The notes under the pieces were generated by a model. It saw only the letters and a list, made by a program, of their open reading frames with translations, did not search any database and was not told the origin of the DNA. This document shows, one piece after another, positions 48,186-57,091 of a stretch of DNA of 64,000 nt (position 1 is its first letter; each line of letters opens with the position of its first letter). This DNA is from Alphaproteobacteria bacterium (lineage in GTDB: Bacteria; Pseudomonadota; Alphaproteobacteria; Rickettsiales; JADKJE01), in NCBI GenBank assembly GCA_016722515.1, contig JADKJE010000001.1, positions 132,189 through 196,188 of the forward strand. Direction: 5' to 3'. Both the position numbers and the translations under genes were made by a program.

Positions 48186-48255
48186 AGTCTGCTCCTTTTA
48201 GGTTAAAGTTAACAGACTCTACTTTTTTGTGGACCAATTTTTGGGGAGCACGTCA

Positions 48256-48686
48256 TTGGGTTTGGCTCCGTATATCTTGCACCATTTTTTGGACCTTCAC
48301 TAAAAGTGACAGAGAGAGCTGGTAGTATGTATGCTGGCGCCTCCTTGACTAAAAGTGAGTTGCCCAGTACTTTAGTGCGTGTCGTGACAGGTGATGTTGA
48401 TTTAACCACTTTAGGAGCACCGGGTGCTATAGATTTTTTTGTTACCACCCCGGAAAGTATAGTTGAAATGAATTCTTTAGAAATCTCTAAAGCTTTGGCT
48501 ATTCCAGAGAGTTCAACAGGTTATACGATAATTGAATTCTCTGCTCCAAAAAGCGGTATCGCATCGCCAGTATTTAGATCAAATCCTGGTTTTGTTGGTA
48601 AGGGTATCACAGCTGGTGGTGCGAGTGAGTTTGTGATTCCCAATCAACCAATTCCACTTGGAGCTATTATTAGGAAAGTACGATGA
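48256..48686 (+). pseudogene. 5'-truncated orphan polymorphic-toxin C-terminal domain (family not identified)
   Basis: The reading frame is open from the first base after the IS end (GFGSVYLAPFFGPSLKVTERAGSMYAGASL...). It ends ...SNPGFVGKGITAGGASEFVIPNQPIPLGAIIRKVR and is followed by an overlapping immunity-type ORF. Confidence 0.6.
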
Positions 48687-48964
48687 TGAAAATCCAAAAT
48701 TCAGAAACTGAAATTACAGGTAGCTGGCTAATGAAAGAGGGAAGAGTAATAAATGATGAAGCAAGTTATAGAATAAATGATTTAATTAGTACTTATTTAT
48801 TAAAATTAGGAAAAGACATAAGTGGATGGAATACGTTATATCGTGATCCTTATGATGGGAGATATTGGGAATTAATATATCCGCAAAGCGAGATTCATGG
48901 AGGTGGCCCCCCTCAGTTGCGCTGCATTAAAGAAGAAGAAATAAAAAATAAATACCATGGCTAG
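48683..48964 (+). CDS. putative immunity protein (Imm27-like)
   Basis: ATGA overlap with the toxin fragment. SGWNTLYRDPYDGRYWELIYPQSEIHGGGPPQL matches my recollection of the Imm27 family signature (GW..LY.DP.DgR.WEl.YP.SE.HGGGP). Unverified. Confidence 0.6.
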   Translation: MMKIQNSETEITGSWLMKEGRVINDEASYRINDLISTYLLKLGKDISGWNTLYRDPYDGRYWELIYPQSEIHGGGPPQLRCIKEEEIKNKYHG

Positions 48965-49190
48965 CATAGCTCATAAATATCAAATAACGGAAAGGATTTT
49001 ATTGTTTTATAGAAATGTTGGAATTACCCTAAAATCAATTGGAGTTGAAATAAGATATTTTTTATTATAGGGCCTCTTCAATTAGAAGATATCACAATAC
49101 ACATTGTTTGGTGTGCTGGAAATGGTAAATATTATGAAGTTAATAGGACTTAAATTTATAAATCGCTCATAAAAAGTTGCATTCCTCTTA

Positions 49191-50210
49191 TTATTTCTTG
49201 CCCCAAGAACGCACACGTTTTAGATGTCCTTCTATCAAATCCAAGCTGTAATTGGGATATAATTCTTCCAGAACACACGCATAAAGACATTCATGATAAT
49301 GATAGGTATTAATTCCCTTAAGTAGGGATACCTTAATAAAAGGGCATGAGAAATATTTGACAAGCGTATACCAAGAACCATAAATACCAGTACAGTACGC
49401 ATGTAAATCCGAGTGAACCTGGTGGTAATATTTTAATTTTCTATTTTTGGAGAAGGCCGCACGGATTCGTTTGATTACGTTTATTTTTGACTTCACGGTT
49501 GCTTTAATATTTTCCTTTAACTGGGCGATGTGCGGATCATCGCTTTGCCATTTTTCAAAACAGATAACCCGTTCACTGGGGCACATGGCACCAATGTTAA
49601 AACCATTTCTTAACATCTTAGAACAGATGCCAACTTCATAATAACCAACAACCGCCCCCTTATCATCGATCATCTCAAATGGATCTAAATAACTATCAAG
49701 CACTTCCCTGACCTTGGGTTCATTCTTAAAAACCCAGAAATAAGATTGAATATGGTATTTCCCATTAAAACTATCGGTCAATCCCCATAGATCGAATCGG
49801 CTTGAATTCATCTGATTAAACACCTCTTCAAGCGGATAGAACGGCCCATAAACGCTATCGTTTACAAACAAAATCGATTTATAGTGATCCAATGAATGCT
49901 GTTCATCCTTGGCAAAGGCATAGCCTGTAAAATATGCCCCAAAGTCATAACCCTGATTATTTCTTAAAAGAATATGTGCAACATATGGTTCTATCCTATT
50001 CAAATATATATCATCAATGATTGGACAATTACTGACAAAATACACATGACAGCCCGCTCGATGTAAAGCCGACACACATTCAACCACATAATCGGCTATT
50101 TGGTTATCACTATCATAATGACAAAATATACATAATTTATCATATTGAGGAGATAACACAGCTCCACCCTTTCGTGACGTAACGATACAGTCGTTTAAGA
50201 TTTTTTCCAT
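49191..50210 (-). CDS. rhamnan-synthesis-protein-F (RgpF/COG3754)-like glycosyltransferase
   Basis: Motifs LCIFCHYDSDNQIADYVV, VYFVSN, RNNQGYDFGAY, LFVNDSVYGPF, DLWGLTDS and HIQSYFWVF follow the RgpF-family pattern as I recall it. Confidence 0.65.
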   Translation of the reverse strand: MEKILNDCIVTSRKGGAVLSPQYDKLCIFCHYDSDNQIADYVVECVSALHRAGCHVYFVSNCPIIDDIYLNRIEPYVAHILLRNNQGYDFGAYFTGYAFAKDEQHSLDHYKSILFVNDSVYGPFYPLEEVFNQMNSSRFDLWGLTDSFNGKYHIQSYFWVFKNEPKVREVLDSYLDPFEMIDDKGAVVGYYEVGICSKMLRNGFNIGAMCPSERVICFEKWQSDDPHIAQLKENIKATVKSKINVIKRIRAAFSKNRKLKYYHQVHSDLHAYCTGIYGSWYTLVKYFSCPFIKVSLLKGINTYHYHECLYACVLEELYPNYSLDLIEGHLKRVRSWGKK

Positions 50211-50305
50211 ACTACCAATATCCCAATCTCTTTATCTGTTTAATGTTATCCATTCGCCTCTTTTGGTACATAGTGTGAAACCATATCAAACCATAATACC
50301 CTATT

Positions 50306-50830
50306 CTAAGCTAAAGCCTCAATCTGCTGCTCAGTTAAGTTCCCAGGAACGATAATCATTGGAATCAATAACTCTTTTCCCAACTGCCCAACTAACCACG
50401 ATAATAATTTTCCTTTACCAGGTGTTTCAGGTGAGGACCCCATGACCAACATACCGATAGTGTGATCTTGATTAGCTACAGCGACAATTTCCTTTCCATT
50501 AATCCCTTCTCGCAACATAAGCACTGGAGTTACTCCAGAAAACTGATTTGCTAAATCAGCCATATCGTGCAGAAGTTTCTCTGCCACTTTACGCTTATCA
50601 TTTTCAATGTGATCCATAACCATGCTTAGCCCCTGATAGTCTGCCGGTTCTAGTACATGTAATATCGACACGAGACAACCCGTTTTTTTAGATTTAGCAC
50701 ACGCAAATTTTAAAGCCACCCGTGAATGTTCATTGTCATTCACACACACCAGAATAGACGTGCGCGCGTAGCTAACGACGGGTGGATTGTCATGAGTTAA
50801 ACTATTGTTATTGTCAGAATGAACCATCAT
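50306..50830 (-). CDS. universal stress protein family protein
   Basis: ILVCVNDNEHSRVALKFA...ILHVLEP...MLVMGS...IPMIIVPG. Confidence 0.8.
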   Translation of the reverse strand: MMVHSDNNNSLTHDNPPVVSYARTSILVCVNDNEHSRVALKFACAKSKKTGCLVSILHVLEPADYQGLSMVMDHIENDKRKVAEKLLHDMADLANQFSGVTPVLMLREGINGKEIVAVANQDHTIGMLVMGSSPETPGKGKLLSWLVGQLGKELLIPMIIVPGNLTEQQIEALA

Positions 50831-50848
50831 CCTATTCTCCAGCCTTGA

Positions 50849-51595
50849 TTATTTCTTCTTAAATAAAATATTGGCAATCCCGCCACAAAAGAGAGCTAAA
50901 ACAACCGCAATGATACCATACGAATAACTATATTCATGAGCAAAATCAAAAATAAAAGCCTCTGCGCCCTGGCGATTGACGACTAAAGGGGTTGATTGAA
51001 TGGCAAGCAACCGTCCCTCATCAAACAAATAAAGTTCTGCCGTATAGGTACCTCGGGTGATTGTATCCGGAAAGTAAAGTGGAATACGAAATAGACTTTC
51101 ATCAATAAAACCAAACCCCTCTCCAGGAAAATCTTGGATAAGCTTATGGTCAACTAAATACGATTTAAGCGCCGTTTTGAACTCTTCTTCTTCTTGGATA
51201 TTCAACACAGAGTCTGTTTCAAGGTCGACATTGTCGACGCCAATCTGCAAATTTTTGAGCAACTGGCTATCGCCAAGTCCAGCGAGGTCTTCTGTATGTG
51301 CAACCATATAGTAGCTGGGTACATCATGAAAAATAACCTGCTTCCCACTCACCCATATACCCATGAATTTCTTCTTTTTTTGGATGGTATAATCAGTTCC
51401 TGGGCCTTTTACCAACAAGACCATGCTGCCAGGTATGTGCTTAGCTCCAAAGAGAATGAGTGATTTGCCTGAAAATTTAGAATCGATAGAAATTTCATGC
51501 TCGGACAAATCCGACACGATAGGCCTCGCCTCAGCTTGACTGGTAAAAAGACTTACCCAGACAAAACACATAAGAAATAGTTTATATTTCACCAT
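50849..51595 (-). CDS. TIGR02186 / Alph_Pro_TM-type membrane protein
   Basis: Signal peptide, ~200-aa periplasmic body and a C-terminal TM helix. Overlaps the upstream TauE/SafE gene by 7 nt, the usual alphaproteobacterial pairing as I recall it. Confidence 0.55.
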   Translation of the reverse strand: MVKYKLFLMCFVWVSLFTSQAEARPIVSDLSEHEISIDSKFSGKSLILFGAKHIPGSMVLLVKGPGTDYTIQKKKKFMGIWVSGKQVIFHDVPSYYMVAHTEDLAGLGDSQLLKNLQIGVDNVDLETDSVLNIQEEEEFKTALKSYLVDHKLIQDFPGEGFGFIDESLFRIPLYFPDTITRGTYTAELYLFDEGRLLAIQSTPLVVNRQGAEAFIFDFAHEYSYSYGIIAVVLALFCGGIANILFKKK

Positions 51596-52512
51596 CTTTG
51601 TATCGCCGCTATTTGATAAATATGGGCTGGAGTTGCAACCAAACCATATCCAAGCCTAACCACAATCGCAAGAATCATAAGTGCCAAAAACATGCGCAGA
51701 TATTCAGCTGGAAGTTTGGTTCCAATTCTTGCTCCGTACTGAGCACCTATCACCGATGTAAAAACCATGATCGAGCTTAACACAATATCCACCGTCTGCG
51801 TATTTATAGCGTATAGGAACGTAACGACACTCGTAACACACGTGATTTGGAATAAAGAAGTACCAATCACTAGCGATGTAGGCATTCCCAAAAGATAAAT
51901 CATAGCTGGAATGGTAAAGAATCCCCCACCGATTCCCATAATTGAAACCAGTATGCCTACAAAGGCACCAATTAACAGTGGAATAATCGCACTGACTTGA
52001 ATATTTGATTTTTTAAATTCAACCTTAAAAGGAAGACCTAACGTACTGATATAACTCGCTCTTTTTTTAGAAGGAATTATTTTCCCCATGTAATTATACA
52101 TAATGGTTCTGATACTCTCATAAGCCATGATCAGGCCGATAATCCCCATCAATCCCACATAGGTAAGTGAAATAACCAAATCAATCTGGCCTAATTGTTT
52201 AAGCCATTTGAATATTTCTATTCCCCCCAGTGCCCCCAATACCCCACCTGCAGTGAGGTAGATTCCCATTTGAAAATCGACATTCGCACGCTTACTATGT
52301 GCTAACACACCAGAAAAGGAAGACGCAATAATCTGGTTCGCTGAACTCGATACTGCAACAGCTGGAGGAACACCAATAAACATTAAAAATGGTGTCATTA
52401 AAAAGCCACCACCAATTCCAAACATACCAGCAAGCACTCCGGTAACGGCTCCAATCGCAATCAACATAAATATATCGACCGAAAGCCCGGCAATAGGCAA
52501 GTAAATTGGCAT
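51589..52512 (-). CDS. TauE/SafE-family (DUF81) anion exporter
   Basis: 8 TM helices with a duplicated GIGGGF motif (MFGIGGGFLMTP and IMGIGGGFFTIP). Confidence 0.85.
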   Translation of the reverse strand: MPIYLPIAGLSVDIFMLIAIGAVTGVLAGMFGIGGGFLMTPFLMFIGVPPAVAVSSSANQIIASSFSGVLAHSKRANVDFQMGIYLTAGGVLGALGGIEIFKWLKQLGQIDLVISLTYVGLMGIIGLIMAYESIRTIMYNYMGKIIPSKKRASYISTLGLPFKVEFKKSNIQVSAIIPLLIGAFVGILVSIMGIGGGFFTIPAMIYLLGMPTSLVIGTSLFQITCVTSVVTFLYAINTQTVDIVLSSIMVFTSVIGAQYGARIGTKLPAEYLRMFLALMILAIVVRLGYGLVATPAHIYQIAAIQRW

Positions 52513-52601
52513 GCTTCCTCCCCGATTTCCCCCGCTCCCAACTTACCTTTCTAAAACTAAGGTGGAATCCCTGTAGCCTTATTTATACCTGAAACGAATG
52601 A

Positions 52602-53165
52602 TTAGAGCCCAGTGGCAAAAGGATTTTTCTTATCGTTAGTACCAGCCTTATTATCATCCTTAGTGGCAGCGTCATTGGAACTTTCACCACTCTTATCTGC
52701 TTTATCACTCTTATCTTCATCTTTTTTGGTGCCACCGAAAATATATTTACCAATCAATGTTTCCAGATTAACTGCAGATTGCGTGTACCTTATTTCGCCA
52801 CCACTTTTTAAGAAAGAATCTTCAGCACCCGGAACCAGATTTATATATTTTCCACCGAGTAAACCATCACTCACAATTTCTGCAGAAGAATCATCAGGAA
52901 CTTTTATAGACTTATCAACCGACATCCATATTTTAGCTAAAAAAGAACTTGTTTCTAATTCCTGTTTGGTAACCGATCCCACTTTAATACCACTAATGCG
53001 TACATCAGTGCCAACAACAATACCATCGGCTTTTTGAAATTTTGCCACCAGCAGATAACCACCCGACTTTGAAACATGGGTGCTGTTATACGCAAAATAT
53101 AAAAATGCAGCAGCCACTATTAAAACGATAGCACCGATCACTGTTTCAAAAATATGTTTTCCCAT
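52602..53165 (-). CDS. mlaD: outer membrane lipid asymmetry maintenance protein MlaD (MCE domain)
   Basis: N-terminal TM helix, MCE core FQKADGIVVGTDVRISGIKVGSV, and an acidic/Lys-rich tail. Confidence 0.8.
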   Translation of the reverse strand: MGKHIFETVIGAIVLIVAAAFLYFAYNSTHVSKSGGYLLVAKFQKADGIVVGTDVRISGIKVGSVTKQELETSSFLAKIWMSVDKSIKVPDDSSAEIVSDGLLGGKYINLVPGAEDSFLKSGGEIRYTQSAVNLETLIGKYIFGGTKKDEDKSDKADKSGESSNDAATKDDNKAGTNDKKNPFATGL

Positions 53166-53178
53166 AAAATTCCCTTGA

Positions 53179-53523
53179 TTAATTTGGCTGCCACGGCTGA
53201 TAATCAGCCGATACGGTTACTCGTTTTCCACCAGCACGCAAGTCACCCTTAGGGCAATATGCCGACTTCGTTCCTGTTAAATTAGGCAGACCTGGCTTCA
53301 CCCAGCTCCATTTTTTAACGGGTTTGGCAGTTGGTGTTAAATCGACGGTATAATGAAGCCACCCATGCCATTCAGGGGGAACCTTTGAAGGCTCCGCCAC
53401 TCCTGAATAATAGACCCAGCGCTTACCATTTTTTCGACGCTCTTGATAATAACGGTTACCAAAACCGTCCTTACCGACCAGTCTACCCTTAACCATGGTA
53501 AATAAACATGTCCCTATATGCAT
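53179..53523 (-). CDS. NADH:ubiquinone oxidoreductase subunit NDUFA12-family protein
   Basis: GFGNRYYQERR..KRWVYYSGVAEPSKVPPEWHGWLHYT. The start could also be the GTG at 53541, abutting the serA stop. Confidence 0.85.
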   Translation of the reverse strand: MHIGTCLFTMVKGRLVGKDGFGNRYYQERRKNGKRWVYYSGVAEPSKVPPEWHGWLHYTVDLTPTAKPVKKWSWVKPGLPNLTGTKSAYCPKGDLRAGGKRVTVSADYQPWQPN

Positions 53524-53541
53524 AGAACTCCCCTTAGGCAC

Positions 53542-55125
53542 CTATATATTAAAATGCAACAACTGAACCTGCTTAAACACAGGCAAGTTCTTTATTGAAT
53601 CAATAATATCAGTTGGTACGGCCTGGTCAACCTCAACAAGCGCCGTTGCTTCTTTCGTATCGAAATTACGTCCCAGGTTAAAGTTACCAATATTAATGTT
53701 TGAAGCCCCAAGAATACGGCCAATTTCACCAATCAAACCCGGTTTATCTTCATTACGGATAAAGATCATATTTTGTGAGAAACACACTTCTAACTGTGTA
53801 TCGTTGAACTGTGTTAGGCGTGGCTTGGTTCCGCCAAACAAGGTCCCAGCAACCGACAACATCTGTTTTTCAGTTTGCAGGGTAATGCGGATCAGGGTTT
53901 TATAATCCTGCTGGCGGTCATTCAGGGTTTCAGACACCGACATGTTCCGTTCTTTAGCGACAATAGGTGCATTAATCATATTGACCGACTCTACTAATGG
54001 CGACAAAACACCTTTAAGAATCGTTGCCGTAATTGGCTTAATATTCAGTTTGCTAACAGAACCTTCATACTCAATCTTGATTAATTTTATCGCACTGCTT
54101 GCCAATTGCCCAGCCAGTGTTCCCAGATAATCACCCAATTGCAGATAGGGCCCAAGCTTCGCTGCATCTTCAGCTGAAACAGACGGAACATTCACAGCAT
54201 TCACAACTGAACCTTCTGTTAAATAAGCAGCCATTTGCTCAGCAACCTGGATAGCTACATTTTCCTGTGCCTCAGAGGTAGAAGCACCAAGATGCGGCGT
54301 ACAAATAACATTTTCTAAACCAAATAAAGGATTTGCCTTCGCTGGCTCTTCTGCAAACACATCCAGTGCGGCCCCAGCAACATGACCAGAAACAAGGGCA
54401 TCATGCAATGCCTGCTCATCAATCAAACCACCTCGAGCACAGTTAATAATTCTTACACCCTTTTTGGTTTTAGCCATATTTTCACGACTTAAAATATTAC
54501 GTGTTCCTTCCGTTAAAGGCGTATGTAGTGAGATGAAATCTGCTTTTTTGAGAAGATCTTCTAATTCCACTTTTGTCACATTCAAATCAACGGCCTTTTC
54601 ATTCGTTAGGAATGGATCATACACCATGACTTTCATTTTCAAGCCCTGAGCACGGTTGGCAACGATTGAACCAATATTACCACAACCAATCAATCCTAAA
54701 GTTTTACCGGTAATTTCAACACCCATGAATTTAGATTTTTCCCATTTTCCTGCATGGGTTGAAGCATTCGCTTCAGGAATCTGGCGAGCCAGTGACATCA
54801 TTAATGAAATTGCATGCTCTGCAGTAGTCACTGAATTTCCAAAAGGAGTGTTCATCACCACGATGCCTTTCGCCGTTGCTGCCGCAACATCAACATTGTC
54901 AATACCGATACCGGCACGACCGATGACTTTCAAATTTTTAGCCGCTTCGATGATTTCTTTGGTAGCTTTGGTTGAAGAACGCACTGCCAACCCATCATAC
55001 TCGCCAATACAGGCTTTAAGTTCATCAGGGGTTAAATTGGTTTTTACATCGACCTCAACGCCCTTTTGCTTAAACATGTCCACCGCTTGTGGGCTCATTT
55101 TATCGGAAATCAATACCTTTGGCAT
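53542..55125 (-). CDS. serA: D-3-phosphoglycerate dehydrogenase (with ACT domain)
   Basis: 527 aa. NAD-binding motif GLIGCGNIGS, the catalytic region and a C-terminal ASB+ACT region. Confidence 0.96.
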   Translation of the reverse strand: MPKVLISDKMSPQAVDMFKQKGVEVDVKTNLTPDELKACIGEYDGLAVRSSTKATKEIIEAAKNLKVIGRAGIGIDNVDVAAATAKGIVVMNTPFGNSVTTAEHAISLMMSLARQIPEANASTHAGKWEKSKFMGVEITGKTLGLIGCGNIGSIVANRAQGLKMKVMVYDPFLTNEKAVDLNVTKVELEDLLKKADFISLHTPLTEGTRNILSRENMAKTKKGVRIINCARGGLIDEQALHDALVSGHVAGAALDVFAEEPAKANPLFGLENVICTPHLGASTSEAQENVAIQVAEQMAAYLTEGSVVNAVNVPSVSAEDAAKLGPYLQLGDYLGTLAGQLASSAIKLIKIEYEGSVSKLNIKPITATILKGVLSPLVESVNMINAPIVAKERNMSVSETLNDRQQDYKTLIRITLQTEKQMLSVAGTLFGGTKPRLTQFNDTQLEVCFSQNMIFIRNEDKPGLIGEIGRILGASNINIGNFNLGRNFDTKEATALVEVDQAVPTDIIDSIKNLPVFKQVQLLHFNI

Positions 55126-55196
55126 GAATAACTCCTTGAATTTTAATATGTTAGAACAAATACCTAAATACTTACTTTGCTTATTTAACTTTATGT

Positions 55197-56369
55197 TTAC
55201 GCGGCATTAGCCAGTTTTTTCTGCTCAATCTGACGATATGCCCATTCTACCCATGGCAATAAGGCTTCAACATCTGAAGTCTCAACCGTAGCACCAGCCC
55301 AGATACGCAATCCAGCAGGAGCATCACGGTAAGCTCCAATATCAAATGCAACCGACTCCTTTTCCAACATAGATACCAATTCTTTAGCCAGCGCTTGCTG
55401 CTCTTCCTCAGCTAGTTGCTGATACCAGGGAGCAACTATTTTCAAGCAGACTGATGTATTGGAAATGGTTGCAGGATCTTCAGCCAAGAAATCGACCCAA
55501 TCATGCTGAGCAACCCATTGTTTAATCGCATTCAAGTTATTACCCGAGCGTTTAATCAGGGCCTGAACACCACCGAGCGATTCTGTCCAGTTTAATGCAT
55601 CAAGAATATCTTCTACACACATCATAGACGGAGTATTGATAGTCTCACCTTTAAATATTCCCTCGATCAGCTTACCACCTTTTGCCATCGTAAATACTTT
55701 AGGCATAGGCCAGCTAGGCGTATGGGTAATCAAGCGCTCTACAGCACGTGGTGATAAAATAATCATGCCATGCGCCCCCTCACCGCCTAATACTTTTTGC
55801 CAAGAATAGGTCACGACATCAAGCTTATCCCACGGCAATTCCATCGCAAACACAGCTGATGTTGCATCGCAGATCGTCAAGCCTTTACGATCCGCTTTAA
55901 GCCAATCACTGTTTGGAACTTTAACGCCAGAGGTCGTACCGTTCCAGGTAAAGACCACATCTCGGTCACAATCAACCTGAGATAAGTCTGGCAATTTTCC
56001 ATATGGCGCTTTAAATGAACGCACATCCTGAATTTTCAATTGTTTGACCACATCGGTTAACCATCCCTCGCCAAAGCTTTCCCAGGATAAAACATCAACA
56101 CCGCGTGGACCAAGCAACGACCACAACGCCATTTCAACAGCTCCAGTATCAGATCCCGGAACAATCCCAACACGATAATCCGAAGGAATGCCGAGAATTT
56201 TGGCGCTTCGATCAATGACTTCCTGCAATTTATTTTTACCAATCTTCGCGCGGTGCGACCGACCGAAAGCCCCTTGCTTAAGTACATCAACATTCCACCC
56301 TGGGCGTTTAGCGCACGGGCCGGAGGAAAAACAAGCATTATCGGGTTTTTTAGTGGGTTTATCAACCAT
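55197..56369 (-). CDS. serC: phosphoserine aminotransferase (long SerC_2 type)
   Basis: 390 aa. [12 protein letters not shown] at the N-terminus, and YSWQKVLGG around the PLP lysine. Confidence 0.9.
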   Translation of the reverse strand: MVDKPTKKPDNACFSSGPCAKRPGWNVDVLKQGAFGRSHRAKIGKNKLQEVIDRSAKILGIPSDYRVGIVPGSDTGAVEMALWSLLGPRGVDVLSWESFGEGWLTDVVKQLKIQDVRSFKAPYGKLPDLSQVDCDRDVVFTWNGTTSGVKVPNSDWLKADRKGLTICDATSAVFAMELPWDKLDVVTYSWQKVLGGEGAHGMIILSPRAVERLITHTPSWPMPKVFTMAKGGKLIEGIFKGETINTPSMMCVEDILDALNWTESLGGVQALIKRSGNNLNAIKQWVAQHDWVDFLAEDPATISNTSVCLKIVAPWYQQLAEEEQQALAKELVSMLEKESVAFDIGAYRDAPAGLRIWAGATVETSDVEALLPWVEWAYRQIEQKKLANAA

Positions 56370-56494
56370 GGGTTTAGACCTTTTTCATCATGTATAAAAA
56401 TGGATTAGACCAGAAAATGTAGGACGTTTTGAGCAAAAAAGCAAGGTCAATTTACCCATTAATAACTGGAATACCTATCCCTAAAGAAGTAATT

Positions 56495-56572
56495 AACCTA
56501 AAAAGAGCAGTTAGAACGTAGTGAGAAAGTCAGAAGTGCTGAATAGAGGCTATTTTTACCGCTTTTTAGGTT
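56495..56572. repeat. dispersed intergenic repeat, copy B, arranged as an imperfect inverted pair
   Basis: AACCTAAAAAG (56495-56505; core CCTAAAAAGAGCAGTTAGAA at 56497-56516) pairs with CTTTTTAGGTT (56562-56572). Located immediately after the umuD-like stop. Confidence 0.45.
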
Positions 56573-56575
56573 TAA

Positions 56576-57091
56576 CTAAACAGCATGAATGACATTCGTC
56601 ACGACACCCCAAATATGCAGCTCGCTTTCAGCCGTAATAACGATGGGTACAAAATCTGAATTTTCGGCCATAAGCTTTATAACACCATTTTTTTGATAAA
56701 GCCGTTTAACCGTTAGTTCATTATTCACAACGGCAATCACAATTTTTCCATGAACGGCCTTGATGCTACGATCGACGATCAATAAATCATTAGGAAAAAT
56801 ACCTGCATCCCGCATCGATTCACCACTTACCTTAAGGAAAAAAGTCGCTGAGGGTTCCTTAATCAAAAGCTCATTGAGGTCAAGCCTTGCTTCTATATGA
56901 TCCTCTGCTGGGCTTGGGAAACCTGCCTGTACCCGACAACTAAACAACGGCATTTTATAGCCTCTATGGTTCACGTAGGATTTTACATCCTGAATTAAAC
57001 TTTGAGGAATACGCATCGGCACCGTTGCTTCTTGAAAAACGCCCGTTCCCTTAGGTCTGCCGGCCCCTTGTCTTTTACCACCTCTTGTCAT
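56576..57091 (-). CDS. umuD: UmuD-like S24 peptidase / LexA-family protein with an N-terminal basic extension
   Basis: PLFSCRVQAGFPSPAEDHIEARLDLNELLIKEPSATFFLKVSGESMRDAGIFPNDLLIVDRS...ELTVKRL is collinear with E. coli UmuD, including the AG cleavage site and the Ser/Lys dyad. The N-terminus is MTRGGKRQGAGRPKGTG. No umuC is adjacent. Confidence 0.85.
   Translation of the reverse strand: MTRGGKRQGAGRPKGTGVFQEATVPMRIPQSLIQDVKSYVNHRGYKMPLFSCRVQAGFPSPAEDHIEARLDLNELLIKEPSATFFLKVSGESMRDAGIFPNDLLIVDRSIKAVHGKIVIAVVNNELTVKRLYQKNGVIKLMAENSDFVPIVITAESELHIWGVVTNVIHAV

Larger units (their letters stand above)
47023..48255 (-). mobile_element. IS3-family insertion sequence (1233 bp), probably decayed
   Basis: Terminal inverted repeats TGACGTGCTCCC (47023-47034) / GGGAGCACGTCA (48244-48255), plus inner matching AGTAGAGTCT blocks. 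orfA and orfB lie inside. No matching flanking direct repeat (left ...GGCAG, right TTGGG...). Confidence 0.9.

Noticed and set aside
48256-48686. Assigning toxin 3 to the TNT/NAD-glycohydrolase family
   Set aside because: There is only a vague similarity in motif order (G-rich GGA.EF near the C-terminus). I cannot align catalytic residues, so the family is left unassigned.
52612-55210. Long antisense ORFs 52612-53037 (opposite mlaD) and 54656-55210 (opposite serA)
   Set aside because: They are Ser/Leu/Pro-rich mirror translations of well-supported genes, so they are not independent coding regions.
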